64,000 nucleotides of DNA from a virus. Position numbers and translations under genes: made by a program. This document shows positions 1 to 11,474 of this stretch, piece after piece; positions within the stretch are counted from its first letter, which is position 1; each line of letters opens with the position of its first letter. Under the pieces are notes generated by a model that ran no database searches, had not been told where the DNA came from, and saw only the letters and a list, made by a program, of their open reading frames with translations. The stretch covers positions 9,404-73,403 of IMG/VR virus record IMGVR_UViG_3300013126_000021; one strand, given 5' to 3'.

Positions 1-163
1 CAACAAACGCAGGGTCTATCTTAAAATTAGTGTGATTATTAATAATGTTGACATGAAGATCAATGTTTTCAAGTTGGTTATCAAAGACTTGAAACAGAGT
101 AGAAAGGTTTCTGTTTAAAGAAACCTCATCTTGCCAAGTAACAATAAAAACTTTAATTTTCAT
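1..163 (-). CDS. Partial ORF (5' end only, runs off the window), MKIKVFIVTWQD...; possibly glycosyltransferase-like
   Basis: ATG at 163 directly after the stop of the 164..391 ORF; frame open to the window edge. Confidence 0.45.
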   Translation of the reverse strand, partial: MKIKVFIVTWQDEVSLNRNLSTLFQVFDNQLENIDLHVNIINNHTNFKIDPAFV

Positions 164-391
164 TTATCCACGCGCAGTGAATTCGGGAGGCACCTGAGTT
201 AAGACGGGGGTAACTTTACCAACAAAACCCAATTTATTATCACTTCCAATAGAATATCCTGATACAACCAAAAACTTTTGTATAATGTCTAAGGTTTCTT
301 CCAAAGTTTTATCAGAAAAATATATTTCGACTGATACTTTATCGTCAGACATGCTTCTCAATTCAAAAGATGAATTCATTTTATGCTCCAA
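164..391 (-). CDS. Hypothetical phage protein
   Basis: Tightly packed minus-strand ORF. Confidence 0.6.
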   Translation of the reverse strand: MEHKMNSSFELRSMSDDKVSVEIYFSDKTLEETLDIIQKFLVVSGYSIGSDNKLGFVGKVTPVLTQVPPEFTARG

Positions 392-695
392 AAGTTGGAA
401 TGTTTAGTTCGACACCCTTGTCGGATTGCGGTTTAATGTTTCCAATATCAGGTTTCTTTTTTGTTGGAAACCTTTTTGCAATATCTTCAGAGGTAACTGT
501 TTGCAAAACGAATTGCATAAACATAGAATAGTCATCGGATACTGTCATAGTTCGTGGTGAACCAGATTCGAGAGTGGAGAAATAAAGAACACATCCACCT
601 GCAACAAGTGGTGCTACCTCCATTATATTTTCCAGATTGATAATAACTTTACAGTTTTTAGGTACCAATGAATTTACTTCAATAAACATAGACAT
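381..695 (-). CDS. Hypothetical phage protein
   Basis: Tightly packed ORF overlapping its neighbour. Confidence 0.7.
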   Translation of the reverse strand: MSMFIEVNSLVPKNCKVIINLENIMEVAPLVAGGCVLYFSTLESGSPRTMTVSDDYSMFMQFVLQTVTSEDIAKRFPTKKKPDIGNIKPQSDKGVELNIPTFGA

Positions 696-935
696 TTACA
701 TCTCCTCAATTTTAAATTTCAAGTCTTTATTTCGTCTGTTCATCGTATAATTAGTTTGAATTCTTACTTCCGGATTTTGAAAAGCCCAACACTCTCCACC
801 ATCATCAAGAAAAACCACCCATTCAATATGGTGCTCTTGACTCCTTTCGATGAGAAAGTAAGCCCAACCATTTCCTTTTGGAGTTACAAGTGGTATAGGA
901 GGGTTTAATTGTGTGATCATTATAACATAAACCAA
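696..935 (-). CDS. Hypothetical phage protein (QLNPPIP...TPKG...W type)
   Basis: Packed ORF; start probably at the internal MITQL. Confidence 0.65.
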   Translation of the reverse strand: MVYVIMITQLNPPIPLVTPKGNGWAYFLIERSQEHHIEWVVFLDDGGECWAFQNPEVRIQTNYTMNRRNKDLKFKIEEM

Positions 936-1337
936 AATGAAAATACAAGAGCAATTGAAATGAAAAAAGCCACAGTAAAAAGAATTCTCCTCATTCTGCG
1001 GCGTTTTTCTATTTCCCGATAAATTTTTTCTAATTCCAAAAAAAGGTCAACATGTATCATAACAAACTCTTTTAATTTATACTACATTATTTAGTGATAC
1101 CAATTAGATGAAATATTTTTATTTTTAATATATAGCATTTCACAGTAACAATCTACCATAAAATATACGAAATTTTTAATTAGTTCCAAGATTTTCTCCC
1201 TAAGGTTCTTTGGTATTGAATTGTAAACCTTTCCACTTCGAATACTGTTTGAGGTCTTTTAGACTCAACATAATTCTGAATGGATGATTCATTCTTTTTT
1301 GCGAACGAATCAAGTATTTTATAAATTGTTTTTATCA

Positions 1338-1538
1338 TTATTTTACTTTTTTAATTACGCTTTCAGTAAAATAAGATAAAATGTCATTACTGGTTTTTAC
1401 AATCTGCTTGACGAATTCGGTTTGTGTATCCACATAAGCATGTAATGAATTTTGAATACTCTTATCAGTTACAAAAGTATTCACTACATATTTTTTACCA
1501 TTTTGGATGGTGTCAATCATTTGATCGGCTGCAAACAT
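1338..1538 (-). CDS. Small amphipathic helical protein, phasin-like (tentative)
   Basis: 66 aa, helical, AGGAG RBS, own promoter overlapped by a TGC-rich box. Confidence 0.5.
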   Translation of the reverse strand: MFAADQMIDTIQNGKKYVVNTFVTDKSIQNSLHAYVDTQTEFVKQIVKTSNDILSYFTESVIKKVK

Positions 1539-1600
1539 ATTTTTCTCCTAAAGTTAATGTTACTATTGTATATAGGAAATTTTATGCTGCAAGCGCACAA

Positions 1601-1849
1601 TTATCCGATGAGTTTTTGTAGGTGCAGTCTAGCAGAGTCCACCGAGGTACACTTTTGCCCATTGACGAAAATAGACTTAGGAGAATAAATTAAAACTTCA
1701 CCATTTCTCATAGACAAACGATAAAAAGTTTGCCCCTTTCGATCTTTATCTTTAGTTTTGAAACTGGAAAAATTATGTACAAGATCGCCCCACATGAGTG
1801 TTTCACACAATTCTTCACAAGCAAGCGAACGAAAATAATTTGCATTCAT
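1601..1849 (-). CDS. Hypothetical protein
   Basis: ORF with AAGGA RBS downstream of the promoter at 1874-1902. Confidence 0.65.
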   Translation of the reverse strand: MNANYFRSLACEELCETLMWGDLVHNFSSFKTKDKDRKGQTFYRLSMRNGEVLIYSPKSIFVNGQKCTSVDSARLHLQKLIG

Positions 1850-1873
1850 AACGAAATCCTTTGTCTATACAAT

Positions 1874-1921
1874 ATTATAGCATAGACAAAGGGTAATGGC
1901 AAGTGTTGCTTTTATACAACA
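1874..1921 (-). promoter_or_regulatory. Sigma70 early promoter TTGCCA-17-TATAAT with adjacent TGTTG-N8-CAACA palindrome
   Basis: -10 at 1874-1879, -35 at 1897-1902, box at 1904-1921. Confidence 0.75.
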
Positions 1922-2111
1922 GAATTAACAATATCTTTGAAATTTTTCCATTCGTTTTTATTCATAAAAAATTGAATTTTCGAACGGAGCGCATCAGGGT
2001 GTTTAGCTCCTTGATATTCCACTTCGAGAATGACCTGTTTCAGTTCACCCACATTGTTCGTTGTAAAATAATACCTATATTGCTGGTATTGGTCAGAAAA
2101 TTCAAAACGAA

Positions 2112-3260
2112 TCATATAAATCCTACCTTTCGTTCAAGTGGTTTTGAAGTATTTATGTTTTGCTCAAAGAAAATATCGGAGATAGTCCATTTTTCTTTCT
2201 TATCGTTGTTAAGAGAAACACCAACTTTTTCGGCCAGTTTTTTTGCGTCTACCAAATTCAACTCAGAAAAGGTAACAATATCATAACATCTACCTGGGCG
2301 AATGAGTGCTGGATCAATATCACGGATTGATGGTAGATTAGTGGAGAACACTAGTTTCTTATTTCGAGTTGTCACAAGCCCATCACCAACATTCAGAAAC
2401 TTGTGCATCATTGTATTGCCATCTTGACGAGATTTCAAAAACATATCCGCATCTTCAAGAACAAGAATAGATTTGTTACTCTCAATAAAATTAGCAAAAA
2501 CATAATCTTTTTCGAGAATATTCGAATCGTAGGACACCATTGCGGAGATATTGCAATGTTGTAGCAGCCCTCGAATAAAGGTTGTTTTTCCTGTACCGGG
2601 AGGACCAATCAAAAGGAGAATCGATGCAGAAGATTCCATAAAATCGTCATAGTAATCATCAAGTGATTTACCATTTAGAAAAGGATACATCTCTTCAATT
2701 GGTTTCCGATCATGCATGATGGGAATGTCAATAGAATGCCCTTCTGAACTGTACAACCATTCAATGTGATTGTTAACTATCTCAAAATTATTTACCAAAC
2801 CTGCCTTTTGCTTTCTAATAAATTTGCTATCACCTACTAGATCAATCGTTGCATGAGTGGGGTGAATATTGTATTCAAGATAAGAAATATTTTTGTCGTC
2901 AAAAAGATAACCGCGATTCGAACTAATCTGAACAACTCTCAGATTAAGATTTCTGATATATTCTTTCCAATTCTGCGCAGAAACATATACACCAAAGGTG
3001 TCATACTCACACTCCAGGTTTTGTCTGACACGCTCATATACAACTTTACTTGTGAGCATATCTGTCAAGTCTGATGCACCCAAGTAAATCTCTTGTTGTT
3101 TTAACTCTTTTACTGCAATATCCATAGGTATACCGTCTCCATAAATTCCTTTAGATGAATATCTAAAAAATCTTTTTTTAGATGTGGCTTTTCTTTTTTT
3201 ACCAGGGAAAAGCCGCATCTGATTTAATTTCATCAGCATCTCATTTAGAGAATACTTCAT
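2112..3260 (-). CDS. AAA+ ATPase
   Basis: Walker A GPPGTGKT, Walker B ILVLED, second region of homology DPALIRPGRC, C-terminal VGFI. Confidence 0.9.
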   Translation of the reverse strand: MKYSLNEMLMKLNQMRLFPGKKRKATSKKRFFRYSSKGIYGDGIPMDIAVKELKQQEIYLGASDLTDMLTSKVVYERVRQNLECEYDTFGVYVSAQNWKEYIRNLNLRVVQISSNRGYLFDDKNISYLEYNIHPTHATIDLVGDSKFIRKQKAGLVNNFEIVNNHIEWLYSSEGHSIDIPIMHDRKPIEEMYPFLNGKSLDDYYDDFMESSASILLLIGPPGTGKTTFIRGLLQHCNISAMVSYDSNILEKDYVFANFIESNKSILVLEDADMFLKSRQDGNTMMHKFLNVGDGLVTTRNKKLVFSTNLPSIRDIDPALIRPGRCYDIVTFSELNLVDAKKLAEKVGVSLNNDKKEKWTISDIFFEQNINTSKPLERKVGFI

Positions 3261-3597
3261 TTACTTAAAATTTCCCATGTTTTAAAATCAACTTTTTTTA
3301 TTTTTTTAATATCAATGTCATGTTTGCGACAATAGTTCCATGCATCCAAATAAAAGGTGAAATATTTTTCATTCACGGTATTTTCCTCTTCCACTTCTTT
3401 TTTATTTTTCTTCATTGTTTTTCATGAACCTTTGCAAAACCATCTTTGCATCTTTATATTCTGTCATTGAATAGATTTCTTTTTCAATTTTATCCTCAAC
3501 AGTCATCGTAACCAAATTTGAAACATGGTTCTCAGAGTTAGGTTGCAGTCGTAAGGAAAAAACAGGATCAATATTAAAACGATTCATTTATTATTCC

Positions 3598-3933
3598 TTA
3601 TGCGGCAAGTTCTTCAAGTTCTTCGCGTTTTGGAGTAGGCTGAATAGGTTCAACTGGTGTTACAGGCTTGATTTGTTTACCAATATAACGCCCATCTGGA
3701 TTGAATTCTTGTGGGTTCATCAATTGATATGCAAGCACTTTCGTTCCTTTTTTATGTACTCTAACCACACCACCGTCTTTCCTGATATTATAAATGTTGG
3801 TTGAAAGACGATACAGTACGGATTCCTGATCCGTGCCCTTAAAACATTCTCGAATATCATCTGGCGAAATAGGTTTACCAGACAAGAGCACACAAGCAAT
3901 TTTTTCGTGACGGTTAATTTTGCGTTTGTTCAT
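3598..3933 (-). CDS. Hypothetical protein, possible winged-helix DNA binder
   Basis: GAGGA RBS before MNKRK; promoter at 3973-4001. Confidence 0.6.
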   Translation of the reverse strand: MNKRKINRHEKIACVLLSGKPISPDDIRECFKGTDQESVLYRLSTNIYNIRKDGGVVRVHKKGTKVLAYQLMNPQEFNPDGRYIGKQIKPVTPVEPIQPTPKREELEELAA

Positions 3934-4010
3934 TATAAAGTTCCTCTTCAAATTGGAAAATACATACAATTCATTATAACATATTCAAAATGTTTCGGCA
4001 ACAATAAATT

Positions 4011-4592
4011 TTACTGTTGTTGTTTTGCAACACCATATAAAAGCTGCATCGCATCGGCAATACAATCATCCACCGGGTCATGTTTTGTTATATGTATGTC
4101 AAAATTAAACCCAGGATAATCTACCTCCACGTATCCGTTTTGTGTATTGTAGAAGATATCGATTGCTGTACGAACATCACGCCACCGAGCGTATGGAAAG
4201 ACTGGATCGATACCCAGTTGTTCTTCAATGTCATCCATGACCAACTGATCTAGATTACCTCTTGCCCACACCCAAGATTTATTATCATTGAATTGTGACG
4301 CATATTCTCGAAGCATTTCATAACCTTCTTCAAAAACAACATCTTTTGCGCTAGGACTAAATGACTTTCGTTTCACGTTGTCGCATTGTTTAGCCCACCA
4401 TTCCATGGTTGACCTACTTACCGACCTTTTCAGTCGAGTCATCTGGTCTTCTGCATTCAATTTAACAAAAAAAGCATTTAGTTGCAAATCGCCAAAGGTA
4501 GGTTTTTTAACTGGATCGAAGTGAATTGCGGCCATTGAAAGAATGACCGAATTCGACCTCTTACCAAGTGTCTCCACGTCGAATATGAACAT
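4011..4592 (-). CDS. dexA: DEDD 3'-5' exonuclease (T4 DexA-like)
   Basis: FDVETLG, WARG..D, RDVRT and HDPVDD motifs. Confidence 0.8.
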   Translation of the reverse strand: MFIFDVETLGKRSNSVILSMAAIHFDPVKKPTFGDLQLNAFFVKLNAEDQMTRLKRSVSRSTMEWWAKQCDNVKRKSFSPSAKDVVFEEGYEMLREYASQFNDNKSWVWARGNLDQLVMDDIEEQLGIDPVFPYARWRDVRTAIDIFYNTQNGYVEVDYPGFNFDIHITKHDPVDDCIADAMQLLYGVAKQQQ

Positions 4593-5761
4593 TATAGAGG
4601 AAGCTCGTCTTTAATTATTTCAGTTGCGGGAGCAGGTTGTTCCGCATCTGCAACTTTTGTATCAACTTTACTATACAGGTCAAGAAACGAAAGTTTTGTT
4701 TCTTCATCAAAACGATTCACGCAGAGTTCAATTGCTTTTTTCCTATCAGGGAAAATTGAATAAGTTTTTGCAATATGGACGAGGCGCCGAGTTGAAATAA
4801 TTTCATCAATACCGCCTTCGGCATAAGTTTTGCGAATTACATCTGCCCATTTAACAAGATTTTCACAAAACTCATCATCTCGAATAAGAGGTTTCAAAAT
4901 TTTCAATTCGACCCGAGATTCTGGATATTCCTGTTCGACAGTAATAGTAAACCTTTCTAAAAACGCATCATCGAGAATTTGTGAAAGATATTTACCTTCG
5001 TCAGAACCACGCCCTTTTGTGTTTGCCGTTGCAATGACATTGAATCCATCTTTAGCATGAATGTATTCACCAGACTTTTTATTGAAATATGGTTTACCTT
5101 CAAGAATACCTTGGAGGCACATGAGTTTATTTGATCCACGGTCGATTTCGTCAATCAGCAAAATAGCACCACGTTTCATTGCTGTGATAACTGGACCATC
5201 ACGGTATACGATATTGCCATCGATTAGCGTTTGCCCACCAATCAGATCAGTTTCATCAGTTTCAACTGAAATGTTTACGCGAATACATTCACGTTTCAAG
5301 TTTGCGCAAACTTGTTCAACCATCAAAGTTTTACCGTTACCTGACATTCCAGTAATGAAAACGGGAAAAAAACTTTTCGTTTGAACAATTGAAAGTAGGT
5401 CTTTATAGAATCCAAAAGGTACATAACCATCGTATTTTTCGGGAATAGAAACGTCAACATCATCTTGCATCTTCTTTTGACGCAATACATGAACCGTGGC
5501 AGACATATCTACCACCGGGAGCGTTTCTTGTTTTTCTACTGTTTTTGTAGTAACAATTTTTCCGTCAACTGTATCTGGGAGTTTATACAAACCACGATCA
5601 GCGCGAAATTCTTGTCGAGTCACAAACCAGAAAGGATACGGAACATTTCTTTCTTCAACAACTTTTTGAATTTGATCTCGGTTAATAACCGCATTTTGCC
5701 CAAATACTTCGGTGGCAGCATTAACGAAAGCCTTTGCATTTTTGTTCATCAAGTTCTCCAT
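4592..5761 (-). CDS. cobS: CobS/MoxR-type AAA+ ATPase of T4-like phages
   Basis: GMSGNGKT, LLIDEID, ATANTKGRG, LDDAFLERF, ISTRRL. Confidence 0.9.
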   Translation of the reverse strand: MENLMNKNAKAFVNAATEVFGQNAVINRDQIQKVVEERNVPYPFWFVTRQEFRADRGLYKLPDTVDGKIVTTKTVEKQETLPVVDMSATVHVLRQKKMQDDVDVSIPEKYDGYVPFGFYKDLLSIVQTKSFFPVFITGMSGNGKTLMVEQVCANLKRECIRVNISVETDETDLIGGQTLIDGNIVYRDGPVITAMKRGAILLIDEIDRGSNKLMCLQGILEGKPYFNKKSGEYIHAKDGFNVIATANTKGRGSDEGKYLSQILDDAFLERFTITVEQEYPESRVELKILKPLIRDDEFCENLVKWADVIRKTYAEGGIDEIISTRRLVHIAKTYSIFPDRKKAIELCVNRFDEETKLSFLDLYSKVDTKVADAEQPAPATEIIKDELPL

Positions 5762-6910
5762 AATTTAGAATGTTCCATATATTAACATCAATTTCAAACA
5801 ATGGCAAATGGTATTTTTGTTTTTTTACAACACATTTACCAAAAAACAACACATTTTTGTACCTATATACTTATGCCGTACCTTAGAATAAAAGGTTCTT
5901 AACAAAATCAAACAAAGAACCAAATGTAATTGATAAGACAATAATCAACAATATCAATAATGAAAAACAAATCAACGGCAAGAAAATAAAACCAATTATT
6001 CTTTCTAACATGTGTAATCGGAAATAATTAGTTTCAACGCATCAATTCTTTTTTTATTTCCTTCAATATCATCTAGATGAATATAACAATCATCTTTTAA
6101 TGATTCTTCCAGACATTCTAAATAATTTTTAAGAGCAATGACAACGATTTGATCCGCCGTTTCCGCATCAATTTTAATATCATAAAACATTTTTTTATTT
6201 CCTTATAGATTATCTGGATTACCACCCATATAAAAAGGCCTTTTTACCTTTTCTTTTTGTTGTTCATTAGTATTAGTATCTGTTTTTGGTGGGCAATAGA
6301 AGCACATCGGTGTCATTGGGCTGTATACTCTATGGCAAAGAGGGCATTGCCACCCCTGCTGAACAAAAAGATTTGGTGTATTCATTTTACATCACAAATA
6401 AAAGTTTTGTTACCGACATAAAATCCATTTAATCGTTCGCATTCTTTTGCAATCATGTTATGTGCGGAGACATATCCAATAAACAAACCAATAAACAAAC
6501 CACAAATCGCTGTTAGAATTGAGAACATAACTGCACCCGTTGAATCAATACTGGTTCGCATAATCACCTCTTAGCAACTTTGACTTGCATAATGATATCG
6601 TTGATATCAGGTCTTTCAATCCAACGCCCAACAAATTTAACATTTGGGTTTGAAGTACCCCTTAGACAATCTAAACCGTAAACAAATTTGTATTTCACTT
6701 CGTCTGTATTCTTATAACCAAAACTCCGATATTCATCATAATTTAGACATACAATATAAAGAGTTTTTGGGCTTAAAAGTTGTTGTTCGTAATTTTTAAT
6801 AACACGTTCTTTAGCAGCAAGACGATCTTCTTGCCAAACATTAGTTTCTACAATTGTTTTCATCCAATCATAAAATTCATTGAGTTTTTTCATATCTTTA
6901 TTAAGATCAA

Positions 6911-7108
6911 TCATTCTTCAACTCCGAAATGTTCAAAGATATTCAATGCTTCATTGCGGGTGACCTTGCTGGCACATTCCTTCACAATCAACTCGGCGAA
7001 CTTTTCGGCAAAGGCATCTAACTCGGCATTTTTAGAAATCTTTTTGTTCGTAGTTTCTTCAGCCATAAACTTGGCCTGCCCTACAAGTTCTCGAATTCGT
7101 TCGTTCAT
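6911..7108 (-). CDS. MNERI-family small protein, copy 1
   Basis: MNERIREL...EKFAELIVKECA...HFGVEE. Confidence 0.75.
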   Translation of the reverse strand: MNERIRELVGQAKFMAEETTNKKISKNAELDAFAEKFAELIVKECASKVTRNEALNIFEHFGVEE

Positions 7109-7494
7109 GAAAACTCTCTTTCTGAAAAACTGTAACCATCCTCATCATCCCAATCATATTCGGGATTGAACCAAGTGTGCCCATACTTGTTAGGTTTTCT
7201 TCCTTCATCATTGTGAAGCTGATTCTTGCGCCCAGACCCATTTACAAAATCAGGAGACTTTTGTCCTTCAATATACTGCACAAACCAATCGTAGTCAATT
7301 CGTTCGCGATACTCGTCCATGATGATCCGATCTTTTAGAAACTCTTTCCATTGTTTCCAAGACACCAGACGCTCTGCACGATACCCATGAAAAGAGAATG
7401 CCCAACCTCCGGAAGATTTACCGATATGGTATTCTTCATCGTAACGGTCACAACATTCGCAATGGTTAGAAGCAACATAATAATTAGTTCCCAT
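7105..7494 (-). CDS. Hypothetical protein (MGTNYY...HIGKSSGGW)
   Basis: Coupled ORF with CxxC. Confidence 0.75.
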   Translation of the reverse strand: MGTNYYVASNHCECCDRYDEEYHIGKSSGGWAFSFHGYRAERLVSWKQWKEFLKDRIIMDEYRERIDYDWFVQYIEGQKSPDFVNGSGRKNQLHNDEGRKPNKYGHTWFNPEYDWDDEDGYSFSEREFS

Positions 7495-7694
7495 TATTCA
7501 ATCCCAAAATGTTGTTTGATTTGATGCGCCACATGACGACCATAAAAAGGTTTATCAGGTTCTTCGGCAAAATTTTTAGCACATTCCCGAACAATCAACT
7601 CGGCAAACTTTTCCAACACTAACTCCAAAAGTATACCTTCTTTTTCAACAGCATGTTTGGCACTTTCGGCAAGTTCTTGCATTCGTTCGTTCAT
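7494..7694 (-). CDS. MNERI-family small protein, copy 2
   Basis: MNERMQELA...EKFAELIVRECA...HFGIE. Confidence 0.75.
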   Translation of the reverse strand: MNERMQELAESAKHAVEKEGILLELVLEKFAELIVRECAKNFAEEPDKPFYGRHVAHQIKQHFGIE

Positions 7695-7990
7695 AGTTCA
7701 ATACCATCCGTGTCGAGATTTGAAATCGCCCAATCGAGCCATGGCTGCACCTAACCCAAGACCACGGGCACGATACACTCTCAAAAGTTTTACGACTCGA
7801 ATCTGTGACAGCATCACAGCACCACCTTTTCAAGAATACTGACATCCCAAGCTATCATGGCATTACGCCCGAACTTGCGTTCAGCAAACTCATAGGCTTT
7901 GTCTCGGCTGTCAAACACATCATAAACTGTTCCTCGATAGTTGACAATGTAGACTGTCATCTCTTGCTCCGTTTTGTTCACCATATACAC

Positions 7991-8038
7991 ATTATAGCGA
8001 AAAGTATGGTGTTTGTCAAGTGTTGTTTCTATACAACA
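7991..8038 (-). promoter_or_regulatory. Consensus sigma70 promoter TTGACA-17-TATAAT with TGTTG-N8-CAACA box
   Basis: -10 at 7991-7996, -35 at 8014-8019, box at 8021-8038. Confidence 0.85.
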
Positions 8039-8046
8039 TATCTGTT

Positions 8047-8469
8047 TTATGCAACACTTGAGCGTTCGTATTTTTCCCCTGCTCCTCTGACCTCAGACAT
8101 GTTTCTTCGAGCAATATCCTCATAAAACTTTTCGTTCGGTTGTTGAATTCTGTACGCAAATTTACCACCAAAGTACACACAGAATCCTCCACCCTGATCA
8201 GATTCGAGAATAGTAGTGTAAGCTGATGTTATTGCCGCACCCCCAATACCACCAAACCCCAGTGCAGTTGAAGCCCATGTTTGCGGAAACATTGCGTAAA
8301 CTGAGATATTATACTCAGTATGCTTACCCTTCTTTGTGATTCGTCGATCTTCTTTCGTCTTACGATAGTGTTCCCAGTCACGATCTTCATACTCAAATTC
8401 GGGAAATCCTGCATAAACTGCATGAGCAAAAGCACTGTGAAGATCGTTGATTCCGTTGCCTGTTTTCAT
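8047..8469 (-). CDS. Hypothetical protein (FPQTWASTALGFGGIGG motif)
   Basis: Long ORF in the array. Confidence 0.75.
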   Translation of the reverse strand: MKTGNGINDLHSAFAHAVYAGFPEFEYEDRDWEHYRKTKEDRRITKKGKHTEYNISVYAMFPQTWASTALGFGGIGGAAITSAYTTILESDQGGGFCVYFGGKFAYRIQQPNEKFYEDIARRNMSEVRGAGEKYERSSVA

Positions 8470-9030
8470 AATTTAGTCCTTCATTTCAAAAACATAATGC
8501 CCACCACGCTGCGAAGAATACCAGTGCCATCTCCATAGTACATGGTTTTTTTGCATAGCCATGATGATAGCTTCATTGCCGCCCCACCCGGCTGTACTGA
8601 TGTAGATACGCTTTACAGGACGCTTAAAGATTTCATCAATTTCTTCTACTTCAGACCAGCCCCAAGATCGAAGATACCAGATTTCGTTGATGAAGGCAAA
8701 CCATCCTTCTGAATCTTCAAACTTCCAGTTGGCAATCTTGTTTAGTGCCTCATGGGTAGGATAGCCATCATCATCAACGTATTCAGACACTTTACACTCC
8801 ATCATTAAAATTAGATCCGCGCCAAACTTCAACAGTGTTTAGCATACCCTTTGCATGTTCAATTGCCATTTCTTCAGCACGATGTTTATTTCGGTAATGA
8901 TTAGGGCGGCTAGCATCCTCGTCAAATTTATAGCAGGAATCAAAATGCCACACGAACCAATTACGATACCAAATTTCGTATTGCTTCTGATGAGCATTAT
9001 AAATGACTTTGACAGATTTGTAAAGAGGTT

Positions 9031-9441
9031 TCATTCTCTATCTTCCTCTCTTGTATGCTCATCACATGCAGTATAATACCAACCACGCCCTCGAAACTTA
9101 CCAGGATTGCCACACACCTCACAGGTTACAGCACTCATGGCCTCAGCCATACGTGCCATGCCGTGAATTTGTTCATCGCCGCCATCATAGTAAAATCGCA
9201 AAGTACCATACTTCTCTTTGATTTGAGTAAGTATAAAAGGCACCTTTTCAATGTCATCCTTGCCCTTGTTGATCCAATCTAGATGGCTATTGATGCAAGC
9301 AAAAAGTTGATTGAGAATAGGATGCCACCCCGATCCACATTCAACACCAAACATGGGAAATGGTTCGATGGAAGATGCTTTGCGAGCAAACACAAGAGGA
9401 TACTTTTCAACCATTTCTGCTAGAAAATTTTCTTCACTCAT
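9031..9441 (-). CDS. Hypothetical protein (QIKEKYGTLRFY, CxxCG)
   Basis: Coupled ORF with a Zn-binding-like C-terminus. Confidence 0.75.
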   Translation of the reverse strand: MSEENFLAEMVEKYPLVFARKASSIEPFPMFGVECGSGWHPILNQLFACINSHLDWINKGKDDIEKVPFILTQIKEKYGTLRFYYDGGDEQIHGMARMAEAMSAVTCEVCGNPGKFRGRGWYYTACDEHTREEDRE

Positions 9442-9917
9442 TCTTCAATTCTTTCTTTATACTCTTTTGTGGGGATGTACGGAAAAGTCACCGGGACACG
9501 ACTACCTCGGCTAGTAAAATAGCTTTTGTATTTTTCGCCAGTCTCTTCATCCGTGTACCAATCGTAGAAAATAATACCTTCACAATCATATGCCCCAGTA
9601 TTATCTTTGAAAACATGCCCACACCGTTTGTTCTGAAATACAGGACCATTATCTCGCCCGGCGTATTCACTTACATCATGCCATTCCCAATCTTCACCAG
9701 TCAAAGGTGCAATAGGTTCAAACTTCGCCAACTTTTCAAATAGATTGATAGCATATGGTGCAGAAGAACCAGAGTGCCCCTCACCATGAAATACTTCCAG
9801 CAACTTCAGAACATGATTGCAGATCATCTCCTGCATTTCATCATTAAACTTTCCGTTCTCATCAGTCCAACCAGCCGCCCTAAATTCACGCATAGCATGA
9901 TTAATGTAATTATTCAT
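9438..9917 (-). CDS. Hypothetical protein (GHSGSSA, PLTGEDWEW)
   Basis: Coupled ORF. Confidence 0.75.
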   Translation of the reverse strand: MNNYINHAMREFRAAGWTDENGKFNDEMQEMICNHVLKLLEVFHGEGHSGSSAPYAINLFEKLAKFEPIAPLTGEDWEWHDVSEYAGRDNGPVFQNKRCGHVFKDNTGAYDCEGIIFYDWYTDEETGEKYKSYFTSRGSRVPVTFPYIPTKEYKERIEE

Positions 9918-10499
9918 TAAAAATATTTCCTTTGAATATATTGTGAAAGAACTTCAGCATCAATCTTAGCATAATCGGCAAACTCTTTCAATATCCGTTC
10001 TTCATCTTTACCAGTAAAGATTGCATTGTGAATTTCTAGATATCCTGCACATTGAGCAGGTACGTATGCTTCAGGACCAAAGCCGAAAACGTCATACAGC
10101 ACATAGCGGTAGGATCCACCTTGCTTGATTTCACCATCGAAGATCCGCCGGGAGATAGCGCAGAATGCCATCAACTGCTGTTCTTTAGTAAGAGAATTCC
10201 AATATTGTTCTTGGTGTTCTTCTTCGGCTTTCATTGCTTCTTGGAATCGCTCAGAAATTTCAGACAGTTCCTGCAATGCTTTTTCAGTCTTTTCGTCCAT
10301 TACCATTCCTCTTTCTTTAGCCATTCGTTTGCTTGTTCTTCGGTGTCGAATACATGATCTACTTCTTGATACTGATCGAGACACAGACCACACACGGTCA
10401 TGTAACCGATTGCCTTTTCACCTTTTCGACTTGTTTCTTTGACCATTACATCATAAGCGTGGTCAAAGTCAAATACCTCATGCCCGCAAGAAAGTATGA

Positions 10500-10763
10500 T
10501 CATATCAATCCATACCTATCTTGAATGCGTGATTTGACTAGTTTTACTGCATCTTCGCAACAATCTTGCTCAAGGTAGTGCTGAGAAAGAATTTCATCAC
10601 CACAGACATGAAGAATGTCTTTTAAAAGCATATCAACGAATAGATTAAACTCTTTCGTATAGTCTGCATTCCAATCAATATGCCCAGGACCAGGTCCCCA
10701 TTCTTCATCACTCCAAAAACAAAACTCTGCTTGGGTTAGGAGTTCTCGAATTCGTTCGTTCAT
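10500..10763 (-). CDS. MNERI-family small protein, divergent copy 3
   Basis: First 23 nt identical to copy 1. Confidence 0.7.
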   Translation of the reverse strand: MNERIRELLTQAEFCFWSDEEWGPGPGHIDWNADYTKEFNLFVDMLLKDILHVCGDEILSQHYLEQDCCEDAVKLVKSRIQDRYGLI

Positions 10764-11474
10764 TTTCTATACACCAAACTTTTTGTGGGTTGGTTAGTAA
10801 CGGGGCAAGTGTAATGCATAACATCTCGCCCTTGCATATCTTCCTCAACATTAAGAAACTCTACCTCGGTGGTAAGATGTTTCTCACCACATTCAGAACA
10901 AATTACAATATATCGTTCGTTCATCACCAGTTATTCTCATCAGTAATAACTACCGAGAACTCACCTGGAATAGATAGATGGTTAAGATAAAACTTAGCAG
11001 TCAGAATAGTACCAATACCATTACCTCCCTCCTGAATCAATTCTACGCTTGCATGACTCATATCACCATGCAATTTTTCGATGATTTCAAGGATTCGATC
11101 CAATTCACGACGATTAATTGTAATTCTGTTCATCATAGTCCTTCATGTAGATGCTGCCTGTTTTAGCGTAGAATTCGGCGTATTTCCAACCTCGTTTGAA
11201 ACCATGCCAGCGCATTAGGGTTAGCTTCTCACCCTCTTCGGTCATTGGTACAGCATATGCTTCCGAGTCTCGCCATGCATCATGAATTAGTTGTTCTTGT
11301 TCGTTCATTCTCCAACATCCTCATCGGTGTATTCTGCCCATTCTTTGTGAACAGAATGAATAATATATCCGGCATCAATTTGTTCTTTGATGAACTTTGA
11401 CGCATCCGAATACTTGGTGAAAATTTTCTGCTGATAAGGCACTTGCCCATACCAAACTCGATACACAAACTTTT

